A stretch of 64,000 nucleotides of DNA from a virus: IMG/VR virus record IMGVR_UViG_3300033150_001583, positions 75,585 to 139,584 of that record; one strand, given 5' to 3'. The notes under the pieces were generated by a model. It made no database searches. It was not told the DNA's origin and was given only the letters and a program-made list of their open reading frames with translations. Position numbers and translations under genes: made by a program. Shown in pieces: positions 19,879 to 31,580 of this stretch; the first letter of the stretch is position 1; every line of letters starts with the position of its first letter.

Positions 19879-20996
19879 ACTTTGGACATATTAAAGTATC
19901 TTCCGTATCGAACATCCAATTGCAGTTAGGGCAATTTATAATGCCTATATTTGCTATGTCGTTTACAACACTATCAGGATAAGACCAAGTACACAAATTA
20001 AAAATTACTTCTGCCATTTTCTCATTTCCGCCAGTCAATTCTATAAAATCTTTTCTAGTATAGGTTGCAGCAAAATAGACTATTTCACTAGTTTTAGGAT
20101 TGTATATATATCTTTTTCCTAATACAAATCCTTCTGGTATTGGATATTTTTGAGGGTCATAAATAAAGTTTCCAGTATCTTCTGGGATGTAGCAAATTCC
20201 ATTTCCTTTCTCAAAAGCATCATAGTCTTTGAATATATAACCCTCCCCTGAATACTCTTTATGAACAAAACCTTTTTCATCTATTGTTCCTAAGTTGTCA
20301 GGTTCACTTGTATTCTTAAAGTATCTGTCTACTACTTCAGCTATTTCTAGATCTCTACTCGAAACAGTTCGAAGTATATTTTCTAAGGCATTTGCTAGTT
20401 CTTCTGCAATTATTACACGTTCCCACATCCCTTTAGTATTATTATATTTCCTAAGTGTCTTTATGGCTGAAACAACTTGAGAATACAAATCCATACGAAT
20501 CACCACCTGTTTAACACTCTTTTTTGCCCTGCAAAATTTTTAAAATAGCCAGACCGATATAATTCCTCGATTTCATCTAAGACAAAATCTAGTGCATATC
20601 TTTTATATTCATCCTCTGAAAAATGCTCTGCTAAGTTAATTTTTTTGCCATTAGCCATTTTAAGAGCCAATACATCCTTATAGAACCAAGTTTTCTTCCT
20701 CCCCAATCCCTTAATTGTTAGTTTATACCCATCATCTATTTCTGTAAGTCTAACAGAAAGACCGACCTTACTTATTTTTTGTATAAGGTCGGTCTTTCTG
20801 TTATCTAGATACTCCCAACTCGGAATTTTTTCGGGCGACAAGAACATTAACATTCCCCCTTAAGAGCTTTATCTGTTATTTCTCCGATTTCTCTTTTTAG
20901 CTGGCGAATTTTTTCTTCAAGACGCTGAATCATTTTTATCCTTTTATTGATTTCTTTTGCTAGGTTCATTAGCACACCTCCTTTGATATTTTGTAC

Positions 20997-21827
20997 TTAT
21001 ATATGGCAGTCTACTATAGTAATCGTTAGCTCAGGATCAGCATTTTTAATAAACCTATCAAAATAATTCCTCTCCCACTGTCTTGCCTCTTCTTCGGTTT
21101 CAGAGCTTATACCCCACCAACCCATTTCACCTTTTTCATACCAAGTTCCATCTGGTGTTATTACAGCGAAAGTATAAAAGTTTATCTTTCTTTGTATATA
21201 GGATTCCTCAGTATCGTCTTTACGGATTCCATAAATAAAGAAGGCGATAGCCCTTTCTTTTTCATCTTTTTGTTGAATTTCTTGCCATATCTTTTTAGCA
21301 TTTTGTATTCCTTCTCTTTTCATTTCCTCCCAATCAATATCCTTGAGTTTTGCACTATCTACTCTTTTACCGTCCTTAGTTATCAACAACCCAGACCATC
21401 TACCGCCAACTTCCCACCAATCCCACTTTTTATTAGGATTTTCCCAATAACCATATCTGCCAGTTTCTTCGTTCTTCTCATATCCAACATAATCTTCCAT
21501 GAACTGTTCAAAAGTTGCATATCTATCTTTGTGTTTAATAAAGACCCTTTCATACCCGTTTGGTACTTCATGCGTATCTGTTCCAATTCCGAATGTGCCT
21601 GGCTTTCTGAACCTTTCATCCCAAGGGTATAAAAGCTCTCCATCTGGTGTTTTAATCATTTCTACGCCATCGTTTTCGTATTTTTCTAAGTATTCATCTG
21701 TAACATCAAAAAATTCTAAATACTCTTTGGGACAATCGCCCATATTATTCTCTTGATAGGGAGCTAATAATTCTTTTACCGTCTTACCTCCTTCTTCAGT
21801 AAACACAGCAACCGAAAAATGACTCAT
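20997..21827 (-). CDS. Conserved hypothetical phage protein
   Basis: MSHFSVAV...LAPY.EN...NPN.KWDW..VGGRW...IVDCHI pattern. Confidence 0.8.
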   Translation of the reverse strand: MSHFSVAVFTEEGGKTVKELLAPYQENNMGDCPKEYLEFFDVTDEYLEKYENDGVEMIKTPDGELLYPWDERFRKPGTFGIGTDTHEVPNGYERVFIKHKDRYATFEQFMEDYVGYEKNEETGRYGYWENPNKKWDWWEVGGRWSGLLITKDGKRVDSAKLKDIDWEEMKREGIQNAKKIWQEIQQKDEKERAIAFFIYGIRKDDTEESYIQRKINFYTFAVITPDGTWYEKGEMGWWGISSETEEEARQWERNYFDRFIKNADPELTITIVDCHI

Positions 21828-24800
21828 ATTTAAAACCTCCTCTCCCTTAATTTTCTATATTTATTTTCATCTTCATTAATAGCATCACAATATTTACAAT
21901 CCTCACCAATAGGTATTCCTTCAGGCGATAAGTTTTCACAATCAGGACTGCACGGCATACTTTCATCAAGTGTACAAGGTCTACTACATTCGGCACACGG
22001 CTTCCCGCACTAATCTTTATGAGCCAAGTAATTCACCTCCTTAAAGTTTATTTTACTTTGGCCTGTTAGTTAATTTATAAATCATATTTATTTCTTTTGA
22101 AGAAAGAACACGATTATAAACACGGACATCACTTATTTTCCCCGAAAAAGAAGAGTTCACACCACTCTCTTTCCCTTCCCAGTACGGGCAAGTTGGGTTA
22201 TCCATGTATTTTTCTTCCCATTTTTCAATTTCTTTATCTGTTGCATTTTCTAGATTAGGATGAGTGCAGTATTCATATACGGGTAATTGGGTGCTTCCCA
22301 TTCCGTAAGGAACCCAATCTCCGCCACCTTTTTCTAAATATTGGCAGGTAGAACATGTTTGCATATACTTTTCGGCTATACAATATTCATCAAACCAAGG
22401 ATCATCTATTACAACTCCACAAACTTTACATTTTTCTTTTTTATGCCCATACTCATCTTCCTTAATAGTTTCAAAATCATGCTCTGGGCAAAGGAGGGTA
22501 CATATGTCCTGCCACATTCGTAGTTTTTCTTCGAGTCTTCCTAATTGAAAATAGTATTTTTCATCTTTTTCATCATGAAATGTTTCATAGCTTCTTTTAA
22601 ACCTTTCAACTTCTTTCAAACAATTATCTCTTTGCCACAGAGCGAATTTAAAAGTAATTTGAACTTGTTTCATTTTCATACATCCTCCTTGATCTAGTAT
22701 AGGAATAAAACCAGACCGATAAAATTTTATGTAAAAAGCTGGGTAGCAAAAACTACCCTTGAAAATTAGAAAACTGAATAAAGGCACTCATAATTTCACT
22801 TAATGTTATCGAATCAAATATTTCTTTAGCAATTGGATAGCACTCAAATTCTTGAAATTTATATTCTATAGTATTCTTTTTTATAATTACAACTTCATGT
22901 TCATCAGCATATTCCCAGTAAAAGTCCCCATTTTCCTTATATTCTTTTAGACTTATATATTCACTATCACACCCTTTACGCCTAATTACAACTACATTTT
23001 CATCTCCAACTGAAACCATTATATCATTTTCGTTCCTATCTTTAAAATTTTTCCGCATTAAAAACACTCCGCCACCAGAATGAATTACCTCCCAGTCGGG
23101 AAATTTTTCTTTTAATTGGTCGAATGTTTTTATTAGACCTTCCATAGAGTTACCTCCTTATTTATTAAGGGTTCTTTAAAAATTCTTTCTTAGTCATTTA
23201 TTTTCCTTTTTTCTAGCCTCGCTTTTAAAATTAAATAAAGTAACCATAACATTCCTACAATAGCTATTATTTGACATGTCAAACAAATAATACAACTAAT
23301 CAATGTATCCCAATGTTCATCTATCGTTATACCTATTGTTCCTAGAAATACCATACACATCAGCCAACCAAGCGAAAAAATAACAGCTATCTGCCCATCA
23401 CCTAAATTTGAGAGTTTTTTGATTAACTTCATGTAATTCCCTCCCTAGTTACATTTTTTTTACTTATTGCAAATCTTTTTCTTGTATTGGCCTTTCATAA
23501 GCACACTTATCACAAGCCATAGTATAATGAATCGTTGGATTCATAATGCCTCTATGGCAATTCGGACAAGCTCTCGCCATATCTATAAAAAATTCGCGGG
23601 AAGAACAATTATCTCCATCAAGAAAAGTTTCTACTTTACCATTACAATCCTCACACTTAAGAACCCTTTTATAAGGACACTCCATTATTAACCCCTCCAT
23701 AGAATTACTTCCTTGATGTTTTCATTTTATACTCAAAACTATTTTTATATAAGGGGAGCGGTGGCAACTTATATTGCAGTTTATGAAACTGCTCCCTTGT
23801 ACCATAAAAAAGAACCTGATTAGCATCTAGTTTAATTTTATCATTTTTTCTAATTAAAGTTCCGTCTAAAAACCATTTTTCTATTGCGTTAAACCAATAA
23901 ATAATATGACCATCAAACATTGCAATTTCTTCTCTTATGCCATAGCTAGTTCTTTCTCTTATAGCACTAGAGGTTATTTGAAGTAAATAATCATCAGAAA
24001 ATCTTTCTTGAAAAGATTTTTCTTCTATAGTAGGAATAAGTTCTTTTACAGGTCTTGTCCTGCAAAGATAATCACTTGGAGTTGGATTCACTAATGCTAT
24101 TTCAAATAACTTAAAAGGAATATCAAAAGTTTCACGTTTAAATGTACCCCCTGTATTACTTACATTATAAGATAACATGCAGACTGATATTCTATCATGC
24201 CAAATTTCCATAATATATCCTATATCTTTTGCATAATTCATTTTCTTTGCTAAAATTAACTCTCTTTCTATATCTGTCATAATGAACGATAAAACATACT
24301 TATTATCTCTATAGAAAACAATTCCATAATGGTCGCAACCTCTTTTTTTCTTTTCTTCTTCTGTATAACAAAAGGTTTCAACCTTAACATTAATACCTTC
24401 TTCATTAGTAAAGCTAACTAACATTCTCATTTCCCTCCTTTTTAAATTCGCCAAATAGAATTTTTATAAAAATATCGGTTAAAACATGAGCAACATCATC
24501 AGCACTATAATTTTTTAATTCTTTTTCCCAACACTTTCTTTCTGCGATTGTTTCTGCTATATAATCTTCAAGTTTGCCAATATGTACTGGCACAACTTTA
24601 TTGCGCCAGTTTTTTGTTTTTATCATGCTTTTATTTCCCTCCCTTATTTTTTATTTTCCTCGTTCTCTACATAATAACATTCAAAATCATGTATCATATT
24701 TGGAAAGGCTTTATCTAACTTTTTACAAAGTTTTTCTCTTGCTTCTTCTTCACTATTAGCATAAATACTAACGAAAATTTGGAAATCATATCTTTTAGTC

Positions 24801-25539
24801 ATATTTCTATTCCTCCTTTAATATATTTTTACAACCCGAAATTTTTCTTTGAATATCTTTAAAAATAACTCTTGAATGTAAGTAAGCTTTACTTTCTTAT
24901 AATAAAGAATTTTGTCGGATTCTTTTATTATTACTGTTCTTACTCTTCCCTTGGGATTTTCTCTAAGTACAAAAGTTCCCATGTTTACTTTATTCATTTT
25001 ACTTCATCCTCTCTATACTTAAGACGCTTTATTCTTGTTTTTTCTTCTTTTCTACATGCTTTCTATTCTTACTGATTTCATACCGCGTTCCACAATTATT
25101 ACACTCAGCGAGAATCATATCACTTAAATAATCCTCACTTATTTCAGGGCTTGACCAATTAATAACCCCATTTTCTTTTACTCTATATCTAAGGTATACT
25201 GGCTCATAAACATAGATCTTGCCACCACACTCAGAACATCTCATTATTAATCACCTCCCTTCTTAAATTATTTAAATTAATATACATCTACTTACGTTGC
25301 TCTTTCAAATATGTCATTACCAAAAAACATCTCAAGATCCCCCTCTTCCCCTTCAATTTCGTAAACTTCTTCATCGACAAGATATTTAGCATTGAACCCT
25401 AACTGGGTTGATATAAGTTCTTCTAAAGCATCCGAGGGTAAATGCTTTACAGCTTCAATTACTTGTTCTCTAACAGTAAAGGCATCAACTTTAATCTTAG
25501 TAGTCACTTAATATATCCCCCTTTCTATTAACATTCACT

Positions 25540-26418
25540 TTAAACAGGTTTTAAGTTATCAAAGAGATCATGATATTCTTCTGGAATTTGTTCTTTCATC
25601 CCATTCTTCTCAAAATCTCTTCCATAAAAACCAAAACAGGAATCAATAAGATTTCCTTCTAAGTCCTCTAATACAAAACCATAAACATCTCCACGTAAGT
25701 AACAATCATAAACCTCTACTTCATTTTGTAATATTTCTTCCGCACAATTTGCCATTACTTCTATAATATCGTCCAAGGAAACTTTTACTATGTTTTTGGG
25801 GTTTTTATGGCTAGAAATTTTGTGGTAATCAAAATCAACTATTACTTGAGACTGTTGTTTATCTAACATTGTTACTTTGCCAAATCCGTCAATTCCTTTA
25901 TTCTCATGTCCTTTTACCCTAACATGTTCACCAACTTCTGGTATCCTGTGTCTATCTTTACTAAATAGTTCAGCTTCAGTATATCCTGTTGCATCTCTAA
26001 ACCATTTTTTAAGGGCATATATCCAGCCAACCTGCCCACTATCCCAAGGACAACTGAAACCTGTTGTATTCATTGTTATTCCGCTATGGTCATAAAGATA
26101 AAGAGGAAGAATTACTAATTCATCACTTTCAAGAACAAAATCCTTGATTTCTTCTTCAGTCATTTCTTCTACCTTTCTTGTATCTCCCATAATTTCTTCT
26201 GCCATTGCAAAATAAAAGTCCTGCGGGGTTTTATAATTATGTTCGTCTCCCAAGCTATATCTAGAATGCCAACAAATCATAGTTCCAAGATTATCCCATT
26301 CTCTTGGATTTCTAGGATATTCCTCAATCATAATTGCTAATCTCGCTTTTTCATTTTCAGCATACTGTACAACTCTTTCATCCATTTTAGTAACAAAAAT
26401 CATTGACATAAAAATCAA
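25540..26418 (-). CDS. Conserved hypothetical phage protein
   Basis: PREWDNLG, LYLYDHSGITM, CPWDSGQVG and DSCFGFYG motifs. Confidence 0.8.
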   Translation of the reverse strand: MIFMSMIFVTKMDERVVQYAENEKARLAIMIEEYPRNPREWDNLGTMICWHSRYSLGDEHNYKTPQDFYFAMAEEIMGDTRKVEEMTEEEIKDFVLESDELVILPLYLYDHSGITMNTTGFSCPWDSGQVGWIYALKKWFRDATGYTEAELFSKDRHRIPEVGEHVRVKGHENKGIDGFGKVTMLDKQQSQVIVDFDYHKISSHKNPKNIVKVSLDDIIEVMANCAEEILQNEVEVYDCYLRGDVYGFVLEDLEGNLIDSCFGFYGRDFEKNGMKEQIPEEYHDLFDNLKPV

Positions 26419-26441
26419 CTCCTTTAATTTATTTTGTTATG

Positions 26442-26475
26442 TATTTCCCCCGCGAAAATTTTCGCGGGGGAAATA
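26442..26475. repeat. Perfect 34-bp palindrome, the full form of the dispersed motif
   Basis: TATTTCCCCCGCGAAAATTTTCGCGGGGGAAATA. Confidence 0.95.
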
Positions 26476-28605
26476 AAATTAAAAACCAAACCGAAATACT
26501 ATCAGTTATCAAACGGATTAATTCCATACACTTCATTCATCCACCAAATTACATTTCCTGCCTCTTCCATATAGCCTTCTAGATGTAGTGTAATAATAGC
26601 TCTACATAACACAATAATATTAATTGGCGGATATATTTCCTTTACTTTTTCTGCTATTTCTAATGCTTCTTTTATATCCATCTTAGGGATTTCTTTGGTA
26701 AGCATTAAATCACTCCTTTTCTTCTAAAACTTCTTCAGGCCAAGCATGAATTTCAGTACCATCTTCAAACCTTATAAGATACAATACTCCAACTTCAGGA
26801 TCGCGTTTTTTATCACTTAACTGACGGATTACTGCAAAAGGTTGCCCTTCTCTATCTGCGTACTGAGAATAAGGAGTAGTAAAAGTTTCTCTAAATTTAA
26901 AATTGGACAATATAATATCCCTCCTCCCATTATCCATTATCAAAAGGATGCCACGTCCAGATACGAATACTGTCTTCGTCTGGACTATGTGCTGGAACTT
27001 CAACAACTATGTCTCCCTCTTCTGGAGTATCATCTTTAGATAGTGATTCAGCATGTTTAATGGCATCTGATCTATTATTAAAAACCCAAGTATTGCAAAC
27101 TACACCCCCATACAGTGCTACTACAACATATATCTCATTCACCTTAATCACCCTCCTTATTTAGTTCAATAAGTATATTGTTATGTTGCTGTTTATCTAA
27201 ATGTTTGTAAAAATGTTTTTTCATTAAAGCCCTCCTTTCTCTTAAGGAGATAAAGTTTTTGTTTTGGTAAAGTAAGAAACATCTCCCTCAAAGTAAGCAA
27301 ATTCACCGTTTTCTATTTGTTTTATATCTTTATTATCTGCCGAATATGTCCAAGTATTAAAATTTTTTCTTTGTTGTTCTTTAAAAGCAATTAATGCTTG
27401 TTTGGGTGGTAAAACATAACCAGCGACAAGCTCTATATTTCCTTGTGAATCAATTCTCCAAATTTCGGTAAGCATTATTATTCTCCTTTCGCATTAGTAA
27501 CCCTATAAAAATTTTCGCGGGAAAAGCAAAAATTGGAAACCAAACCGATATACTCAGAAAATTTTGCTTTTTTTAATTTCTTACCCATACACACCATGCC
27601 ATATCAAATTGCCCTGCTGAAACTATATCAAAAATAATTTCTTTATATTCATTTTTAAATCTTACTAAGACTTCGTGAGGATTATCATTTTGACCTGGGT
27701 ACCATCCAGTCTCATATACTCTTCCTAAACGACTAAAACCTTCTTTTTCTAGATGTTCTTTAGATAGAATTGTATTTGCTACTTTGGGATTATTAATTAA
27801 GTGCTCAATATATTCTTCAACAAAATGTTCTCTTATGCAGTCTCCACAAATTAAGTCACCTTCAAAATAAAAATAATCTGGTAGCCACGAATAGCTATCA
27901 GGACTTATGCGGATTATTTTACCACACTCAAAACAAATATCATACTCATCACTAAATCCCCATTCAATTAAATCATTAATGTCCTCAATATCTTCTTTAT
28001 CTAATACCCCTAAAGATTCACTAAATGCGTCAACTTCATTCCAACCTTCTCTAACCAACAAAAAAGGCTCACCATTATATTCTCCAATATAACTACAAGG
28101 CAAATATTTATCGACTAAATCTAAAACTTTCTCCTTTTCTCCTTGGGATAAAAAACTAAAAGCTTGTGTCATAAAAATACCTCCTTCAAAAAATTTTCGC
28201 GGGCAAAAAATAAACAAAAATGCAGACCGATATACTATAAAGCAAATATGTAAGGGAAGCTATGCAGCTTCCCCATCATTCTCAATATCAACCACTTTAC
28301 CTATCAATAAATCGGTTGGGTCTCCCTCACTAGCAGTGATAAATAAACCATATTCACTTGCAACATCCTCTAGTGCTTCCATATATTGTTGATCTTCCCA
28401 CATTTCTTCTTCTGTAACATTACTACATGCCCAAGGCATATAATATTTTCCGCTAGGCATGATATTAAAAACAGAACCTAGATATATTATTTTTATATAA
28501 TTACCATCCATGTCTTTCTCTGGAGGTTGACTATCTACTAATTGAACTATTTTTTCCCAATTAAACTCCTCATGAATTTTCTTTTTTATATTCATAATAT
28601 CCCTC

Positions 28606-29133
28606 CTATTCCAAAATATTAATTGCAAGTCCTTTACCTTCTATAATCCGCCAACCGTATCCTAATACCATATCCCTTCCGAGAGCTTCCCAGTCTATGT
28701 ATGGGAAATCTTCTGGAATCTGGACGGGTAAATATTCTTCAGGACATTTTGTGGCTAAATCTTGATAGGTATATACATCTTCGACCACTACATATTCATG
28801 GTCTTTTAAAATGCGAATAATAGTATCCCAATCATACCTATCTCCCAGTAATTCATTAATGATTGCCTCGATTATTTCTTCATCTTCGTCTACATCCTCT
28901 AATTCCTTTATTCTCTCGTTTAGTTCTTCTATATTTTCATATTCATTTATCTCAAATGGTGCCTCATAATCATGAATTGCTATTTCTTCATCTAAGTTGC
29001 CTAATATTTCGCTTATTTCTCCCCATAGTTCAGCATTGCTTTCCTTGGGGAGTGTCAACCATTTTCCTCTAAGTTCACCTCTATTGTACGAAGCAAGATT
29101 AACAACGTATATTTTAATTTTCACTTTAAACAA
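28606..29133 (-). CDS. ardA: Antirestriction protein ArdA
   Basis: IYVVNLASYNRGELRGKWLTLP, EIAIHDYE and YIDWEALGRD motifs; highly acidic. Confidence 0.88.
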   Translation of the reverse strand: MFKVKIKIYVVNLASYNRGELRGKWLTLPKESNAELWGEISEILGNLDEEIAIHDYEAPFEINEYENIEELNERIKELEDVDEDEEIIEAIINELLGDRYDWDTIIRILKDHEYVVVEDVYTYQDLATKCPEEYLPVQIPEDFPYIDWEALGRDMVLGYGWRIIEGKGLAINILE

Positions 29134-29151
29134 CCTCCTGTAAAAATGTTT

Positions 29152-29412
29152 TCATTTATTCATGCCAGAAACATAACAGTCTAACGCAGATATAGCTTTT
29201 TTAACTCCTAGCTGGATCATTCCCAAGCCTACTATATCTGTAATATCTTTTTCTTTTTCTATTAATGCATTTAGGCCAGTATTGACAGCTTTTAATAATG
29301 CAATAAGAACATCTGCTTGTCTAATTTTTTCTATCTTTTCGCTTTCTAGTGTAAAAACAAGTCTTTCTTGCAAAACTTTGCCGTTTGCGTCTTTGATAAT
29401 AATTCTTGGCAT
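29152..29412 (-). CDS. Hypothetical helical protein, paralog of 29472..29699
   Basis: D.LIALL...G...LI.....GL..........A.S.LD.Y pattern. Confidence 0.7.
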   Translation of the reverse strand: MPRIIIKDANGKVLQERLVFTLESEKIEKIRQADVLIALLKAVNTGLNALIEKEKDITDIVGLGMIQLGVKKAISALDCYVSGMNK

Positions 29413-29471
29413 AAGATCTACCCCCTAAAAATTTTTGCGCGAAAAATAATTTAAAAACCCAGACCGACATA

Positions 29472-29699
29472 TTACTCACATATAATCCTAAGTGCATATT
29501 GGTCTAACATAGACACTGCTCTCCTAATTTCCAACTTAACCCTTTTTAGGCCCATTACATACTCAAAGTTTATTTCTTCTTTTATTAATATCTCTACACC
29601 TGCCTCGGCTAGTTCTAATAAAGCAATAAGAGCGTCCATTCTCTCGATTTTTTTTTCACGTAATATCTCCTCTACTATATCTTTGGTAGTATCCTTCAT
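29472..29699 (-). CDS. Hypothetical helical protein, paralog of 29152..29412
   Basis: Same pattern as 29152..29412. Confidence 0.7.
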   Translation of the reverse strand: MKDTTKDIVEEILREKKIERMDALIALLELAEAGVEILIKEEINFEYVMGLKRVKLEIRRAVSMLDQYALRIICE

Positions 29700-29781
29700 A
29701 TTTCTATGTCACTCCTTATATAAAATTTTTACAAGCAAAAATAAAATAAAAATCCAAACCGATATACTTCTTTAAAAACGC

Positions 29782-29961
29782 GAGGGAAACTTAGCTTTAA
29801 CCCCTCTACAAGGTGGTCGCCACCGATTCCAGCCTTGATACTGGAATCGACCCGTCTTATCCCCCTTTGCGACGGGTTGTTTTATGGAGGTTTAACCCTC
29901 CATTATACTCACGATATAATTAATACCGTGAGTATAACGCAGGGTTAAACCCTGCATAAAA
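29782..29961. ncRNA. Candidate structured RNA/DNA element (back-to-back hairpins)
   Basis: Six to seven adjacent inverted repeats in a non-coding gap. Confidence 0.5.
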
Positions 29962-29972
29962 AGGGTACTCAA

Positions 29973-30377
29973 TTACATCAGTTGTCCAAATAATTCCTTA
30001 ATCTCATTCCTAGAAAATTGTGATACACCAAATACGCGAACTCCGTTACTATTTGTTGTAAATGCCTTTACAGTAATAAATTCGCTATTATCATCTTTTT
30101 TGCAAACCAGAGAAACAAGATAACTATTTCTTCCATCCCTTTTAATCGCATTTAATATATTACCGTCAATTGCCCTATTAGTATTAGCAATAATTGTTTT
30201 AAGATTCGCTTCTGCAATTTCCAGAGGATTATCACTACTCGCTTTCTTTAGAGCAGTAATTTCTTGTTCTTTTTGTTTTAGTAATACTTGATATTCTTTA
30301 TTCTGTTGTTCAAGAGTTTCAAGTCTAGCAAGAATGCTTTCTAAATTTACCTCTTTTACCTTCGCTTTTTTTGCCAT
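29973..30377 (-). CDS. Coiled-coil hypothetical protein
   Basis: Heptad-rich N-terminal half; AGGAGG RBS. Confidence 0.7.
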   Translation of the reverse strand: MAKKAKVKEVNLESILARLETLEQQNKEYQVLLKQKEQEITALKKASSDNPLEIAEANLKTIIANTNRAIDGNILNAIKRDGRNSYLVSLVCKKDDNSEFITVKAFTTNSNGVRVFGVSQFSRNEIKELFGQLM

Positions 30378-30530
30378 AAAAAAATCAACCTCCTCAAATA
30401 AACTAAAATAAATTTGGTTGACAGGTGTATTTCAACCTGCCTTCACCCTTCCAACCAGCCCGTCGGCTAAAAACCAACAGCCACAAGGGATTGCGGGATT
30501 TTTGGGACTTTTTTCCAGCCACTTGGCACT

Positions 30531-30599
30531 CATACAAGCTCATTTATGCTTATATGCGCCAATACGATATATATAAGCTCATATAAGCTTATATAAGCC
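30531..30599. repeat. 10-bp periodic repeats YATATAAGCY
   Basis: Six degenerate copies; related copies at 31779-31858. Confidence 0.7.
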
Positions 30600-30629
30600 A
30601 ATAAAAAAAATTTCGGCGGGTAAAAATAA

Positions 30630-30666
30630 AAAACCCAGTATAGCCAATAACGCCATACTGGGTTTA
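30630..30666. terminator. Intrinsic terminator downstream of the sigma-like gene
   Basis: AAACCCAGTAT...ATACTGGGTTT. Confidence 0.7.
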
Positions 30667-30689
30667 TTTTAGTTCTATGTATATTCCAT

Positions 30690-31580
30690 TTATTCTACAT
30701 ACCTTGCTATAAGCTTTTTGTCAAACACTCCTAAATGTTTTGCAAATAACCTTATCTTGTTTATTTCTTCAGCTATTGCATCTAATCCTATTCCTAGTTT
30801 TTTAGCTATATCCCTTTGCGTTAACCCCTGCATTAACCAAGCTAATATATTGCGCTGTTCCGTACTAAGAATACTGAAGAATTCTCCTACTGTTTCTCTT
30901 GTTTCGTCATATTCTAGGTCTCTTGTTAACATCTTATGATATACGTCTCCTGGGACTTCTTCTTCTCCAAGTCTTTCTTGCATTAACGATACACTTTCGA
31001 GAGCTCTTTTAAAGTATTCTTCAAAAGCTCTTTGTACTGCATATTTTGCATAACTCCTGATACGACCAATGTATTTGTTTTGAGGGATTCTCTTGCTTAT
31101 AAATTGTTCCTTAACGTATGATATGACGTCTTCGTTAGTGATAAGACTCTCATCTATTTGGTTCCTTAAAAGTTCTTTATCACGTCTAACTCTGCGAATA
31201 CTTGTTGCTTCAATAATGCCATTAATTATTCTGTTTATAGTGGTCATATTGTTAAAGAACCACCTTACTTGTTGCTTCTTCCAATCCTCTTTTATGTTCA
31301 TTGTTGCTAATGTTTGCCTTACCGTTAAGTTATCGAGTGCTACATCGTTTATTAGTTTATCTAGTTTTGCAGATTCTCGTTCAGCATTATACATATCTCT
31401 TTTTGTTTTTAATTGTATATACTTAAGGTATGTTCTACGAATTCTTTTATTCGTTATGCGTCTTAAGTCGTTATTATATTGAGCTTTTAAGTCTAAACAG
31501 CATTGCATTAAAGCATTTTTACTTAATTGAACTCCATCAATCTCTAATACTTTTTGTACCTTCTTCATAATTCTTTTCAT
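30690..31580 (-). CDS. Sigma-factor-like protein with C-terminal region-4/LuxR-type HTH
   Basis: LSTEQRNILAWLMQGLTQRDIAKKLGI; weak region-2-like segment SYAKYAVQRAF. Confidence 0.6.
   Translation of the reverse strand: MKRIMKKVQKVLEIDGVQLSKNALMQCCLDLKAQYNNDLRRITNKRIRRTYLKYIQLKTKRDMYNAERESAKLDKLINDVALDNLTVRQTLATMNIKEDWKKQQVRWFFNNMTTINRIINGIIEATSIRRVRRDKELLRNQIDESLITNEDVISYVKEQFISKRIPQNKYIGRIRSYAKYAVQRAFEEYFKRALESVSLMQERLGEEEVPGDVYHKMLTRDLEYDETRETVGEFFSILSTEQRNILAWLMQGLTQRDIAKKLGIGLDAIAEEINKIRLFAKHLGVFDKKLIARYVE

Larger units (their letters stand above)
14208..28628 (-). other. Run of ~40 short co-oriented hypothetical genes (early/host-takeover-like region)
   Basis: Tightly packed ORFs of 60-290 aa, many acidic, with strong RBSs; no recognisable enzymes. 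Confidence 0.8.
26455..29768 (-). repeat. Five copies of a composite intergenic repeat (AGTATATCGGTYTG, T-rich spacer, CCCGCGAAAATTTT)
   Basis: Copies at 26455-26500, 27507-27554, 28188-28236, 29427-29472 and 29722-29768 with a 27-28 bp offset between parts. Confidence 0.85.
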
